A DNA stretch of 64,000 nt from IMG/VR virus record IMGVR_UViG_3300038299_000386, positions 2,373 through 66,372 of that record; one strand, given 5' to 3'. The stretch is from a virus. Made by a program: the position numbers and the translations under genes. A model generated the notes under the pieces. That model ran no database searches and was not told where the DNA came from. It saw only the letters and a list, made by a program, of their open reading frames with translations. Positions 1 through 10,081 of this stretch are shown here, one piece after another (positions within the stretch are counted from its first letter, which is position 1; every line of letters begins with the position of its first letter).

Positions 1-1392
1 GAGGACTGTTGCAGCATCGTTCAAAACAGATGATTGAACGATTCCGGTTTCCCGGTCCGGGTTGTTGACGTTGAGTAAGGTTGCATTCTCAAAGGCGATT
101 TCGTTTTCGAGAGCTTCTTTTTCTGCGTCGCTGGCAGTTTCCCTTACTACGGACAATTCGACGTTTTCATACGGCAAAATCAAGTCAAAGTCTTCTATTG
201 GTGGAAGTTCACCTTCATTGTCTACTCTCTCCCGGCCAAAAAGGAACTCGCCCCTGGTTCTCCCCAGTTGATCGAGTCTTTGTAGAAATTCTTCAGCCTG
301 TTCTTCGGTTCTGAAGGTCATAAGAGGGGTTTCTTCGTACCCATCTTCAGTTGTATAGGCTGCGGCAACGTGGTATCGGGCCAATTCCTCGGACACATTT
401 GCAAATCGCCCTTTTCCGGGTCCTTTAGTTATCTCAGTACCCCATCCGGTTAAGCCTGAAACTGTTTTCTTGGAGAGGTTGGGGTTTGTGCCCGACTCGT
501 AAAACTCCGCATCACCACTATCAAGAACATTTTCAACCAAAGGCCAACTCGATTCTATCGCATTCAAGTGTAAATACAAGTCTGTGTCTGCGGCAATGGC
601 CGAATTATCAACTACAGATTGTCTTTTTATGATTTCGTCGATATTAAGTTGGTCCAATTCATTGAATTTGTCAGCAATCATCGAATCAACAACTTCTTGT
701 TGTGATTTTGGCGGCATGTAAAACTCGTCATCCTCTCCGATAATTTCAATATTAAATTTGTCAAAGTCGCTGTTCATGATTACTTGATCAATTCTTCTAT
801 CTATTGGTATTCCGTCTTGATAAGTGTGTTTGGCTGACGTAGCGCCACGCCTCAAAGCAAGTCCTTCAAAAATGAACCTTTCCTCGTCTGTCAAATCATC
901 TTGGGTCAAAGTGCCTCCTTGAATTTGGGCGATTTTGAATTTTAGTTCATTGAGTCGGCCCGAGTTGTTCAAAACTTCAATTGGCCTACCGTTCTTGTCG
1001 TAGTATTGGGTTCTTCTCTTTTGGACTCCCTGCGCCTCTCTTAGCAAGCCTCCAGCCATTACTGGGGCAGTCCCAATCAATTCTGCTTGGCCGATCATGC
1101 GCATGAATTCATTTCTTTGTTGCTTCTCGTCAGACATCTTAGAATATGTATCGAGCCAGTCTTTCCTTGCCTCTCGTTTTGTTTTGTCATAGGACCTTTG
1201 GCCAACATATACTCCAGAGCCGCCGACCCAATTGACAACTCTTGCATTATTTCCCCTTTTTCTTAGGTGTTGGGCGTATCTTTGAGCGATAATTTTGGAC
1301 GTGCGGCTATCAATTTGCCGACCATTCAAATCGCGCTTGAATGAGCCGGCAAAAAAGTAAGGTCTACGGCTAAATTTGCGTATATTCTTCAT
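1..1392 (-). CDS. Tagged cargo protein, N-terminal basic tag domain; 3' end outside window (absent from ORF track)
   Basis: Manual translation of the 5' part from ATG 1392 (ATGA overlap with upstream stop): MKNIRKFSRRPYFF...IAQRYAQHLRKRGNNARVVNWVGGSGVYVGQRSYDK... Confidence 0.85.
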   Translation of the reverse strand, partial: MKNIRKFSRRPYFFAGSFKRDLNGRQIDSRTSKIIAQRYAQHLRKRGNNARVVNWVGGSGVYVGQRSYDKTKREARKDWLDTYSKMSDEKQQRNEFMRMIGQAELIGTAPVMAGGLLREAQGVQKRRTQYYDKNGRPIEVLNNSGRLNELKFKIAQIQGGTLTQDDLTDEERFIFEGLALRRGATSAKHTYQDGIPIDRRIDQVIMNSDFDKFNIEIIGEDDEFYMPPKSQQEVVDSMIADKFNELDQLNIDEIIKRQSVVDNSAIAADTDLYLHLNAIESSWPLVENVLDSGDAEFYESGTNPNLSKKTVSGLTGWGTEITKGPGKGRFANVSEELARYHVAAAYTTEDGYEETPLMTFRTEEQAEEFLQRLDQLGRTRGEFLFGRERVDNEGELPPIEDFDLILPYENVELSVVRETASDAEKEALENEIAFENATLLNVNNPDRETGIVQSSVLNDAATVL

Positions 1393-2789
1393 AAATCATC
1401 AATCCTTCTAAATGGGTCTGGTTTCTTTGTTATTTCTCTGTACGGAACAATGTCTTTCAAATCATTTTCCTTCAAGTAATCCATTACGGTTTCGTCAATT
1501 TCTCTTGTTTCGAGTTCTGCAGATTGAGCAGAATTTTTCGCATCGATCAAAAGCCCGTCTAAATATGAAATTGACTGTGCATAGGTAAAATCATCAACTC
1601 CATCAAGATTCCTTATCAGTCTAAGCCACTCATCATAACGAGGGTTCTGACTTTGGCCCCAAGCATGCGGGAATTGCAGGTTGTCATAAGGGAACCATGA
1701 CCCCGCATAGGGGTCTGGTTCAAGGTTCAAACCATCGTCAATCCAACTAGGATTATCGTTCAAAATGGTTCTTCCGGCTATTGAGTAGGCTTCAACATAA
1801 CCGGGGTTGGCATTAGCGCAATGAGGGCATCGAAGTAGGTGCTTCTTGGCTTTGTGCGCCACTTCCCGAAGGATGTCCTCAATGATTTTTTCATCGTATG
1901 GCCAGTTCCGTGTATTGGGTTGCCCAAAGTTTGATGACAGGGTTTGAACTTGTTGTTGGTTCAGAGTTGGCTCTTGGTCGCCGCAGAAATAATGGAGATT
2001 GCCATGATTGCCTCTTGTCCGATAATTGAGTTCGCCCTTTGCCGTGCTTATTACCACCGAATCATCTTCGGAACCTTCAGGAACCGTCTGTCGGATTAGG
2101 TATGTTTGTGGGTCATAGTAACTGGCGTGCAATGTTTCAGAAGGCAGTTCACCGTCTTCCGAATAGGCAATAATTGGGTAAAGGTCGCCCATTGCGTCAA
2201 TGTATGGTCCACGATCTAAAAAGCGATGCATCGTGTCTTCAATAGGAACAAGCTTGTCGCCGTAAAGTTCGGATATAGTGTCGAGATAATCTTTAACAGA
2301 TTGCTGATTAAGATTTTTAGCTTCACCTTGGAGTTGGCCTGGGTATAGAATGACTCGCTCTGAACCTAAAGTCCTCTCCTGCACATCGGCAAGGTCTTGC
2401 ACATCGGCAAGGTCTGAGTATAACTCGTTTTTTTTCAATGGTGGGCCCCATGAAAAATTTGCTGTCCCTAAAGGCCCACGCCACAAATCATCAATTATCC
2501 TCGCTGGAATCTTCCTTACGAAAAATGGGTCTTTTTGAGGGAATCCTTTCCTTTTTTCATCTAATGGCAAATCCTCGACGCCATCAAATCTTCCTTTTCT
2601 TCTGTTGTAGCTTGGTGAAAAGAGATTTACAAATATTGGGTTACTGGGCCTGTATTTGACAGTCCTTACGTTTAATCCAAACCTTCTCAAAGCCTGTGCC
2701 TTTTGTTGTGCGTGATTCAAATTTCGATGGTAAATACGGGCATCGCCCACATATTTGTTCCCATTGATGTTTCGCACTCGAAGATCCAT
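1389..2789 (-). CDS. Tagged cargo protein (N-terminal tag; acidic body with CPHC)
   Basis: 466 aa; RVRNINGNKY...AQQKAQALRRFGLNVRTV; SYNRR linker. Confidence 0.85.
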   Translation of the reverse strand: MDLRVRNINGNKYVGDARIYHRNLNHAQQKAQALRRFGLNVRTVKYRPSNPIFVNLFSPSYNRRKGRFDGVEDLPLDEKRKGFPQKDPFFVRKIPARIIDDLWRGPLGTANFSWGPPLKKNELYSDLADVQDLADVQERTLGSERVILYPGQLQGEAKNLNQQSVKDYLDTISELYGDKLVPIEDTMHRFLDRGPYIDAMGDLYPIIAYSEDGELPSETLHASYYDPQTYLIRQTVPEGSEDDSVVISTAKGELNYRTRGNHGNLHYFCGDQEPTLNQQQVQTLSSNFGQPNTRNWPYDEKIIEDILREVAHKAKKHLLRCPHCANANPGYVEAYSIAGRTILNDNPSWIDDGLNLEPDPYAGSWFPYDNLQFPHAWGQSQNPRYDEWLRLIRNLDGVDDFTYAQSISYLDGLLIDAKNSAQSAELETREIDETVMDYLKENDLKDIVPYREITKKPDPFRRIDDL

Positions 2790-2798
2790 AGCGATTCC

Positions 2799-3728
2799 TC
2801 AAGCATTGTCTAATTGGAAGTCTGCCCACCCGGTTGCTATTTCTCCGGATTTGACTTCTTGAAACCCTGGCTTGGGTTTTGAACGTTGTTTCTGCATCCT
2901 TGAACCAATCTCGCCATCTGCGAATTGCCAGTAAACAGGGTTTTCGTTCTCGAAGACCATGTAGAGTTTAATTCCTTTTAGATTTTCCAAATTTGGGGTG
3001 TTTCTTCCAAGCATTACCAAAGCCAAACGTTGCATCATGTTCTTTGAAGCCTCATTATTTTGGTATTTAGCGTCCCCAACCGCTCCTGTAGCCAAAAGCC
3101 ATTGATTGAAGGTTGCTTTACTTGCTGAAGTCGGTAAACTGTTCAAAACATCAACTAATTCTTCACCATCTACAAATCTTGCATCGGTAATCTCCATCGC
3201 ATCTGGTTTCTTAGATCCAATCAAAGCCATACCGGTCTTCGAAGAGAAATCATCCTTGTAAGTCTGCATCAATTGAGATAATGCTTGCATTTCTTTGATG
3301 TCTGCAGACAGAGATTGAACCGGTACTGACTCGGGCATTCCCGGCATTTTGATGTCGTCAACACCCAGCAAAGGGCCCCACTTGAGGCCTCCAAGGATCT
3401 GTGCTCCGGTAGTAATCTTCCTCTTTTTAGGAATGCTGGGCATCCCGTTTTCTTCGAGGACTTTCTTTGTCGCTTCAACTGATTGCTTCGAAACACCACT
3501 TACCCCGCCGGCGACATATATTGCCGTCCAGCCAGAACCATTTACAACCCTGGCACGTAGTCCTTGATTCCTCAAAGTCAAAGCTCTTTGCCGTGCGAGA
3601 TTGTTTCTTTGCTCATAAGTGTAGAGTTCTTTGACAGAACCATCTTCGGCGATCTCTGCTGCTCGCAATGATGAACTTAGGCCGTAATCTTGGCCGGAAA
3701 ACCGCCGAGTTCTACCTGGCCCTCTCAT
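2799..3728 (-). CDS. Tagged cargo protein (N-terminal tag)
   Basis: 309 aa; RRFSGQDY...ARQRALTLRNQGLRARVVNGSGWTAIYV. Confidence 0.85.
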   Translation of the reverse strand: MRGPGRTRRFSGQDYGLSSSLRAAEIAEDGSVKELYTYEQRNNLARQRALTLRNQGLRARVVNGSGWTAIYVAGGVSGVSKQSVEATKKVLEENGMPSIPKKRKITTGAQILGGLKWGPLLGVDDIKMPGMPESVPVQSLSADIKEMQALSQLMQTYKDDFSSKTGMALIGSKKPDAMEITDARFVDGEELVDVLNSLPTSASKATFNQWLLATGAVGDAKYQNNEASKNMMQRLALVMLGRNTPNLENLKGIKLYMVFENENPVYWQFADGEIGSRMQKQRSKPKPGFQEVKSGEIATGWADFQLDNA

Positions 3729-4027
3729 CGTTTCTTCCTCCTCAGCATTATATATTCTCTCGGCATCTCATCTTTCCAAACGGGGGGAGATACTAACGAT
3801 TGTGTTTCATATTTCCCAGAGGAAATCTTCCCTTGGAGTTTAGAGAATTCCGCATCGGACATGAAATTCACGGGCTTCCCACCCGCAAGCTTGTAGCCCT
3901 TTGATTTGAGTTTACCCTTCCTTTTTAGATAACTCCGAGACATAGAAGTATTCCCCAACCTTTTCTTTCCATTTCTCTTTGGACGTCCAGAACGCATAGG
4001 TGAATACCTCCCCTTACGTCTAAACAT
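3725..4027 (-). CDS. Small, very basic (K/R-rich) protein; candidate nucleoprotein
   Basis: ATG 4027 after GGAGGAG; MFRRKGRYSPMRSGRPKRNGKKR... Confidence 0.7.
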   Translation of the reverse strand: MFRRKGRYSPMRSGRPKRNGKKRLGNTSMSRSYLKRKGKLKSKGYKLAGGKPVNFMSDAEFSKLQGKISSGKYETQSLVSPPVWKDEMPREYIMLRRKKR

Positions 4028-4028
4028 T

Positions 4029-7000
4029 TCAATCTCCTCCAAGCACTGTGTCTAAGTCGATCATTGCAGGTATTTGGCTGATTTCAGCCCGTTCAAGCAA
4101 ACCGATTGTCCGTGATTTACTGGGGGCGTCTTCATTCAAGAAAAGATAAGCGTTTACGCCGAGTAAGGCGATGAAAACAATTGAAAGGATGGCGGCAATC
4201 CACCAAAGCCCTCCAATGTTCAGGTGAAGAGGTAATTTGTCGATGATCGGTTCCGTAGTTATTCCATTAGATTCTCTGAATCCATGGTATGCGTGTAAAG
4301 CAAACCAAAATGTTGAACTGATTATTGAGGCAACTAAGGCAAAAGTGCCTAAACCACTTGAAACAATCACAACTCCGGCGAGAATTAAGACGTGAGCCAC
4401 TAAATTGACTGCAATACTGTCTTCGGGACTGCCGATTCCAACAACTATGCCCAACGCAAGCACCCCAAAGCCTAATGCAAGTTGTCGTCTGCCCGAAAGC
4501 CACAAAAGAACCGCTATTCCAAATAGGACTAAAACGAGGCCGGCGAGTAAAATACTGTCAAAGATAGAATCCAAAATTGAATTTTCGGTCAAGATATTGC
4601 CGCCGCCACCCGATGACCTAACGCAGCTTCCCGTGGACGTTGCTGGGGTGGGTAGCAAGCCGTCATCACACAATGCGACAGCAGTGAAGTCGTTCGAAGT
4701 TTCATAGACTGCGTTGATTGCTGTTGTGCCGTTGTTTGCGAAATATAATTGCGTGGCTTTACAAGTCCATCGATAATATCCAGGTGCGAATGCACTTTCC
4801 ATCACAGGGTTTTGAGCGAAAGAAGTCTGTGCTTCAGTCTTGCTTTGCCCAGCGCCTGTCAAGGAATATCCGTAGAAAAGAGAAGAACTACGGTCTTCAA
4901 AGCGTTCTGCGGGTGAGGGGTTTAGCGAATTAAACCAAGATGCAGCCTCGCCATAAGGAACGTATGCCCCATTGATTCCGGTTCCTCCGGGGTCGGAATA
5001 ATTCTGCTTGGCGCCTGCACCGAATTGCCCTAAATTCAAATCACTGTAAGTCAAAGATTGTTGAATCATTATGGATTCAATTTGTTCCCAAGGAACCCAA
5101 ATGAAAAGTGTCGCTTGTACCGAGGGAGTTGTCCCCGACCGCATGTAGGGTTGACATTGTAAATTCACATTATTTTCATCAGCGTAAATTATGTCTTCTC
5201 CGGCGATTGATCGTTTGTATATCGCCCCTGCAACTACACTGTAAGATTCGTAGTTCGATTGTTGGGCTGTTTCTTGCTTACTTGCAGCAATTACCAAGTC
5301 GCCATCGATCGGAATTTTTCTTCCATCGGATTCAATCATTGAAATAATGGATTCTACTCTCCCAGAAAACATTGGTGATATGTCACGATCCGCGTTGTCA
5401 TTAGGGCAGTCGTCAATTGGGTCTTCGCCTTCTTGCCCGTCGCCGTCATTATCGATACCATCGCCAGGAGGGTCCTCGTCTATGCGCCCGTCACCGTCGT
5501 TGTCTTCGTAACCATGTATTCCAATGTCGGGGTAAAGTTCGCATAGAGAGAGTATTTGATCATCGCCACCGCCTACGTTGTCTGAAGTAGTGTCTTCACC
5601 CGTCGGACAACCGGCATACGGGCCATTCAAGTATACGGGGCCTCGCCCCGCGTTCCCAAAACCGCTCATGTAATTGATGTGATCGGCAAGAGTGTAATTG
5701 GGCAAATCAGTAGCATATCCAACTCCATTGCGGGTGTCGCATTTGTCAAACAGATCGATAACCCCGTCTACGTCCCAATCATTATTCCCGCCGTATGGCC
5801 TGTTTTCATCTGCATCGTCTTCGTTGTTAGTATTGGTGTCGGTATCCACATTTCTATCGCATCCAAATTCGTCGACTTCTTGGTATTCTTCAGTTCCTGG
5901 GCAATCGTCATCGCCATTAAGGACGCCGTCGCCATCAGAATCCTCGGGTTCGTGGTATGAAACGGTTTGAGCAACGACTCGGATATTATCGGCGCCTGTC
6001 ATTGGAGACATCAGGTTCAGGCCACACCAGAATCCCTTTGCTTCATTGTTGACAGAATATGATGGCTGGTCGCTCTTGCAAGTATTATCGCCGATGAATG
6101 TGTCCCAAGAAACTTCGTTACCAGCAGTCACAGAGTTTCCACCTTTATCCAAACAGAATTCTTCACGCATGCCGACTTCAAGTCCTTGGTTGTAATTGGC
6201 CCATACTCCGCCGTTGCCGTCAAACTGGTCGTAATGCACACCCCAATCGGCCCAGCAGACGTTCCGATTAGGATATGGCCCTTCGAGCGGAACTACTGTG
6301 TCGGTGCGATCAGCAGCGTTGCCGAACTGTTGGTAATGGTGGTCTTCATCACGATACGACCCTTGGCCGTCCCAAGTTTCAAAACATTCATGCCCAATCT
6401 CTATTCCGGCGCTGTTGATGAAATTTGAGCCGCAGTTCCGTGTGTTGAGAGTCTCAAGTGGGTTGCCGAGTGGGCTGCGTGAACGAATGTCAATAAGTAG
6501 CATAAAAGAAATGGTTTGGTCGAGCGAATCCTCTACCAAACCCACATCGACAAGGTCGTTTGTCGTGTATCTCGCACTTTGGGCAAGAAGGTTGTAATCG
6601 CTAAGCGGGATGTTTAGGTATGACTGACCGTTACCTGGGTCTTCGGAAATCAATTGAACGTTGTCAGGTTCTGCTGAAACATAGTTAGATTCACGAAGTG
6701 TACCGCTTGAGCTTGTTGGATCATAGCAGAAGTCGTCATCTGCATCTCCCAACTGAACTGACTGAAGGTGATATTCAGAGAGCTTCGAAGTGTTTCCACC
6801 CGTGAGTTGATTATATCCAAGTTCGTCGTTGAAAGTGAATTGCCCGAGCGAAGCATCGTATAGTCCGGCTGGACCATAAGGGAATTGAGCATCCGACCAG
6901 AAGTTAATGTCCCAGTAATCACTTTGATAATTGAAAGAGGATGCATATATGCCTTGATCGTAGGCCATTGCATTGTCATAACCTGGTGCTCTGTCGCCGG

Positions 7001-9095
7001 TGTATACTCCACCACCGTCTTCGAAATTGTCATCGTTTAGCCATTTTTGTTCTCCTGAGCGCATATTGTGGTAATTGAACATGTTAACCTTCATTTGGGA
7101 CGATGCTGACCCGCTTTGGAAGTAATCATAGCCTGTGCCGCCGGAATAATACGAAGGGATGTTTGCCCAATAGTTAGAGGATTGAAGATCCATTGTAAAT
7201 GGGGAGCCGATTGGGTCGCCGTCAACAGGACCGGCAAGGTGGCCGTCGGAGTCCTCAGTCCCAAGAGTCCAGCCATTGTTGTTTGAAGGCCCTACGTCGT
7301 CGTAGTAGTATTCATTAGCGAAAATGTCATCATCAGGCCTGATTGCCCAGTTGATTGTTGATACGTCTCTTGGGTCACTTTCATTCCATGCATAATCGGT
7401 TTGCCCCGGCCTCCATTCGAAGCCATAACGGGCGCCATTTTCCCATGCCGCCCATTGCATTTCAGGTACTGCGTAGAGATCCACATAGCCGTTGAAGCAA
7501 TTTTGGAACCAATTCTTGTCACCCACCCAGTCTCCATAGCCCATTGCTTGTAAACCAAGTTCGATGTTGATTCTGTCAAAGCCTACAGAACCTTGGCTTA
7601 GCCAATTTTGTTTATCGATTTCAACCTGCATGACAGCTCCGTCAAAATCAATTGTCGAATCAATGAGAGGTAAGGCACCAATAGAACTACCGGATTTCCA
7701 ATGGTTATTGGTCCGAGAGAATCCTTGAACCTGACAACCAGCATGACCGATGGTTGATGATCTGCACCAGCCATCGCCGATGTCGTTATTGTCCCAACTG
7801 CCTGATTCGCAACCGCTACCTCCACTCAAATATAGACCCGAGAAAGCCCAAAAGTTGTCTTCGCATTGCGGTATGAATGGAGTTAAGCCCCCAGGTGTCC
7901 CGTCTCTTGAGGCGGCTCCATATCCGTAAATTTGGCCGCCATCCCGGTCAACCCCCATTCGCCATGCTTGATTTGAATTGGGTTGCCCCACCCCATAGAG
8001 GTAGGTTGTGTTAAGAGAGTCGGTGTGGTAGTTGATTGTAGGATCAAAGATGATTTTATCGGGCGTGTGGTTATTTCGGTTGTTTTCAGCGACACCTTTC
8101 GCAGAGAAGAGCAGGTCGCCTTCAGTCGTGTACCACATGCCGTAAGTTGGTTCAGCGATAATGTTTGATTTTTCAGTGGAATTGAAGAATGAGACTTCTG
8201 GCAACGGCAAATCAATTGAATGCAGCAGCGACGTTGCTGTATTGTTTGGCTTTGGAATTAGATTGACTACTGCTCCCCTGAAGGTTAAAGCATCACCTTG
8301 CTCGAGTACGGACACATTATCTTCTCCTGGCTTGAAAATGTGGACTTCGTAATCGCCAGAGTCCAAGTAGGGAGATGTGATTTTGTAAACCAAGGCTTTG
8401 TCTGTAACGTTTGATTCAACTTCCCAGTTTGCATCCGAAGGCGAGATGAATCCGTTGTTCAACGTTAAGATGGATGCGTGGCTTTCTCCGCTGCAATTCG
8501 CGGCAGGGCAAAGTGGTAATGTCAACCGATTATCCTCAACCGAACATTCTAATTCCGTTACGCATTCTGAAGGCGACGGTGTGTCAAAACTATGAGTCAT
8601 GGTATAGGTGGTAAGATCGGGCGGTAGAGCAAGGTCTGATGCAAAGCCAACAATCGAAAGGTTGTATTCGCCGCCGTAGTGGTCCTGCTTTCCTACTTCG
8701 TGCGAATAGTAATCAAGCTGGCTTGTAATTTGAACTCCACCCAATGAAGCGTCAAGCGTCATGAAGTGTATTGACTCGCTTGGGTTGGAATTTCCGTATA
8801 CTTCGCCCGTTGTGCCCCAGGCATGGTTTATTGTTCCCACCTCCCCATTTGGAAGCGTGTAGGTGTTGGGTGTTGCGATGTATGTATCTACAACTGATCC
8901 ATTGGGATTGTATGTTGTATATTTCTGCATGAAATTGGCTGGCTCCCTGTAATTGGGGTCTTTTATTGTGTAAGGCACTTGAGCATTAAGGTCATCATCG
9001 GCTCCGTAGTCCTTATTGTTCAATGACTGGGTGTAAGAAGCCATTGCTGAAGACATCAAGAAAATCAAAACCAACGCATACGCAGTCCGCTTCAT
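4029..9095 (-). CDS. Giant secreted/surface protein (~1690 aa) with Ca-binding DxDxDG repeats and C-terminal multi-TM anchor; candidate spike/adhesin
   Basis: Signal peptide MKRTAYALVLIFLMSSAMA from ATG 9095 (fits upstream-motif spacing); many Cys and N-x-S/T; DSDGDGVLNGDDDCP, DNDGDGRIDED; GGGG linker then ~5 hydrophobic helices. Confidence 0.85.
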   Translation of the reverse strand: MKRTAYALVLIFLMSSAMASYTQSLNNKDYGADDDLNAQVPYTIKDPNYREPANFMQKYTTYNPNGSVVDTYIATPNTYTLPNGEVGTINHAWGTTGEVYGNSNPSESIHFMTLDASLGGVQITSQLDYYSHEVGKQDHYGGEYNLSIVGFASDLALPPDLTTYTMTHSFDTPSPSECVTELECSVEDNRLTLPLCPAANCSGESHASILTLNNGFISPSDANWEVESNVTDKALVYKITSPYLDSGDYEVHIFKPGEDNVSVLEQGDALTFRGAVVNLIPKPNNTATSLLHSIDLPLPEVSFFNSTEKSNIIAEPTYGMWYTTEGDLLFSAKGVAENNRNNHTPDKIIFDPTINYHTDSLNTTYLYGVGQPNSNQAWRMGVDRDGGQIYGYGAASRDGTPGGLTPFIPQCEDNFWAFSGLYLSGGSGCESGSWDNNDIGDGWCRSSTIGHAGCQVQGFSRTNNHWKSGSSIGALPLIDSTIDFDGAVMQVEIDKQNWLSQGSVGFDRINIELGLQAMGYGDWVGDKNWFQNCFNGYVDLYAVPEMQWAAWENGARYGFEWRPGQTDYAWNESDPRDVSTINWAIRPDDDIFANEYYYDDVGPSNNNGWTLGTEDSDGHLAGPVDGDPIGSPFTMDLQSSNYWANIPSYYSGGTGYDYFQSGSASSQMKVNMFNYHNMRSGEQKWLNDDNFEDGGGVYTGDRAPGYDNAMAYDQGIYASSFNYQSDYWDINFWSDAQFPYGPAGLYDASLGQFTFNDELGYNQLTGGNTSKLSEYHLQSVQLGDADDDFCYDPTSSSGTLRESNYVSAEPDNVQLISEDPGNGQSYLNIPLSDYNLLAQSARYTTNDLVDVGLVEDSLDQTISFMLLIDIRSRSPLGNPLETLNTRNCGSNFINSAGIEIGHECFETWDGQGSYRDEDHHYQQFGNAADRTDTVVPLEGPYPNRNVCWADWGVHYDQFDGNGGVWANYNQGLEVGMREEFCLDKGGNSVTAGNEVSWDTFIGDNTCKSDQPSYSVNNEAKGFWCGLNLMSPMTGADNIRVVAQTVSYHEPEDSDGDGVLNGDDDCPGTEEYQEVDEFGCDRNVDTDTNTNNEDDADENRPYGGNNDWDVDGVIDLFDKCDTRNGVGYATDLPNYTLADHINYMSGFGNAGRGPVYLNGPYAGCPTGEDTTSDNVGGGDDQILSLCELYPDIGIHGYEDNDGDGRIDEDPPGDGIDNDGDGQEGEDPIDDCPNDNADRDISPMFSGRVESIISMIESDGRKIPIDGDLVIAASKQETAQQSNYESYSVVAGAIYKRSIAGEDIIYADENNVNLQCQPYMRSGTTPSVQATLFIWVPWEQIESIMIQQSLTYSDLNLGQFGAGAKQNYSDPGGTGINGAYVPYGEAASWFNSLNPSPAERFEDRSSSLFYGYSLTGAGQSKTEAQTSFAQNPVMESAFAPGYYRWTCKATQLYFANNGTTAINAVYETSNDFTAVALCDDGLLPTPATSTGSCVRSSGGGGNILTENSILDSIFDSILLAGLVLVLFGIAVLLWLSGRRQLALGFGVLALGIVVGIGSPEDSIAVNLVAHVLILAGVVIVSSGLGTFALVASIISSTFWFALHAYHGFRESNGITTEPIIDKLPLHLNIGGLWWIAAILSIVFIALLGVNAYLFLNEDAPSKSRTIGLLERAEISQIPAMIDLDTVLGGD

Positions 9096-9113
9096 AGACG
9101 AATCGTTCATGTT

Positions 9114-9159
9114 TTTTGATATGAAACAACCGCACAGACTGAAGTAATAAGCACAGTTT
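9114..9159 (-). promoter_or_regulatory. Conserved upstream element AAACTGTGC plus TGCGGTTGTTTCATATCAAAA
   Basis: 20/21-nt match to 10036-10056, with identical spacing to GCACAGTTT; motif 56 nt from ATG 9095. Confidence 0.7.
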
Positions 9160-9180
9160 GGGGCTTACTTTTTTACTGCC

Positions 9181-10017
9181 TTACTGACGCTTCCGTGCGT
9201 CTTTCAATGCCCTGTCGTAAATGATGGCTCCAACGGTCGAGGGCACCACCATGTCTGGTTGCCAACCCTGTCCGTGTGAGGTTGGGTCGTAGTCTTTTGT
9301 TACCGGTGCAACCATGGTCGATGGCGAGAGTCTCGCCCTGGATGAGTTATCCCAATATACGCTCAAGCCACTGGGCTGTCGCATTTCTTTGCCTTGATGG
9401 TCGTTGATTCCTCCCCAGCCCACCTCTCTCATCGTCATGTAAGCGTTTATCGAATCAATGGCGTCTTCGTTTTTCTCAGCGTACTTCGAATTAAGTCGCA
9501 TGTCCGATTTGGTTGGTTTCTGTGATGGCCAATTTAGTTGGTCCTCTTTGGTTCCCCAGTGGGCTGTGAATGCTTTTTCTGCTTTGTTGAATTTTTGTCT
9601 CATTTCCGAGAAGGCATTATTCCGCCCCGCTCGCCAATTTTTGAGTTGCCCTTCACGACGTTTGTTCCGTGAAAGAACATCTGCAGACCATTCTTTAGGG
9701 CGATCCAATTCCTTTGCAACACCCTCATCAAAACCTGTGCCGTTGAACCTTGAATCCCACGAATACTTCTCCTTTGGTCGTAGGTAAAGCCCCCATCGCT
9801 GTCGACCGAGGATTGTGTCTGCCGGCAAAGGAAGTACGCGAGCATAAAATCCATTTTCTCTTGCACGTGCAGCCAATTTTGTGAGTTGGTTAGATTCTGG
9901 AATATTTCGCCTCTGGTTTTGATACACCATTCCGTCATCATGACGAACGGGCTTTCTATGGCTTATTCCAAAAAGTCGGAATTGTTGGCCTTCTATTTTC
10001 TTCCATCCTGAAGTCAT
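9181..10017 (-). CDS. Tagged cargo protein (N-terminal tag, FRLFG subfamily)
   Basis: 278 aa; QFRLFG...LAARARENGFYARVLP...RWGLYLRPK; tag similar to that of 58978..59718. Confidence 0.85.
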   Translation of the reverse strand: MTSGWKKIEGQQFRLFGISHRKPVRHDDGMVYQNQRRNIPESNQLTKLAARARENGFYARVLPLPADTILGRQRWGLYLRPKEKYSWDSRFNGTGFDEGVAKELDRPKEWSADVLSRNKRREGQLKNWRAGRNNAFSEMRQKFNKAEKAFTAHWGTKEDQLNWPSQKPTKSDMRLNSKYAEKNEDAIDSINAYMTMREVGWGGINDHQGKEMRQPSGLSVYWDNSSRARLSPSTMVAPVTKDYDPTSHGQGWQPDMVVPSTVGAIIYDRALKDARKRQ

Positions 10018-10035
10018 ATAGCAAGTTGGTGGGGC

Positions 10036-10081
10036 TTTTGATATGAAGCAACCGCAAGGAACAAAGTTAGACGCACAGTTT
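10036..10081 (-). promoter_or_regulatory. Conserved upstream element AAACTGTGC plus TGCGGTTGCTTCATATCAAAA
   Basis: Second copy of the 9114-9159 element; motif 56 nt from ATG 10017. Confidence 0.7.
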
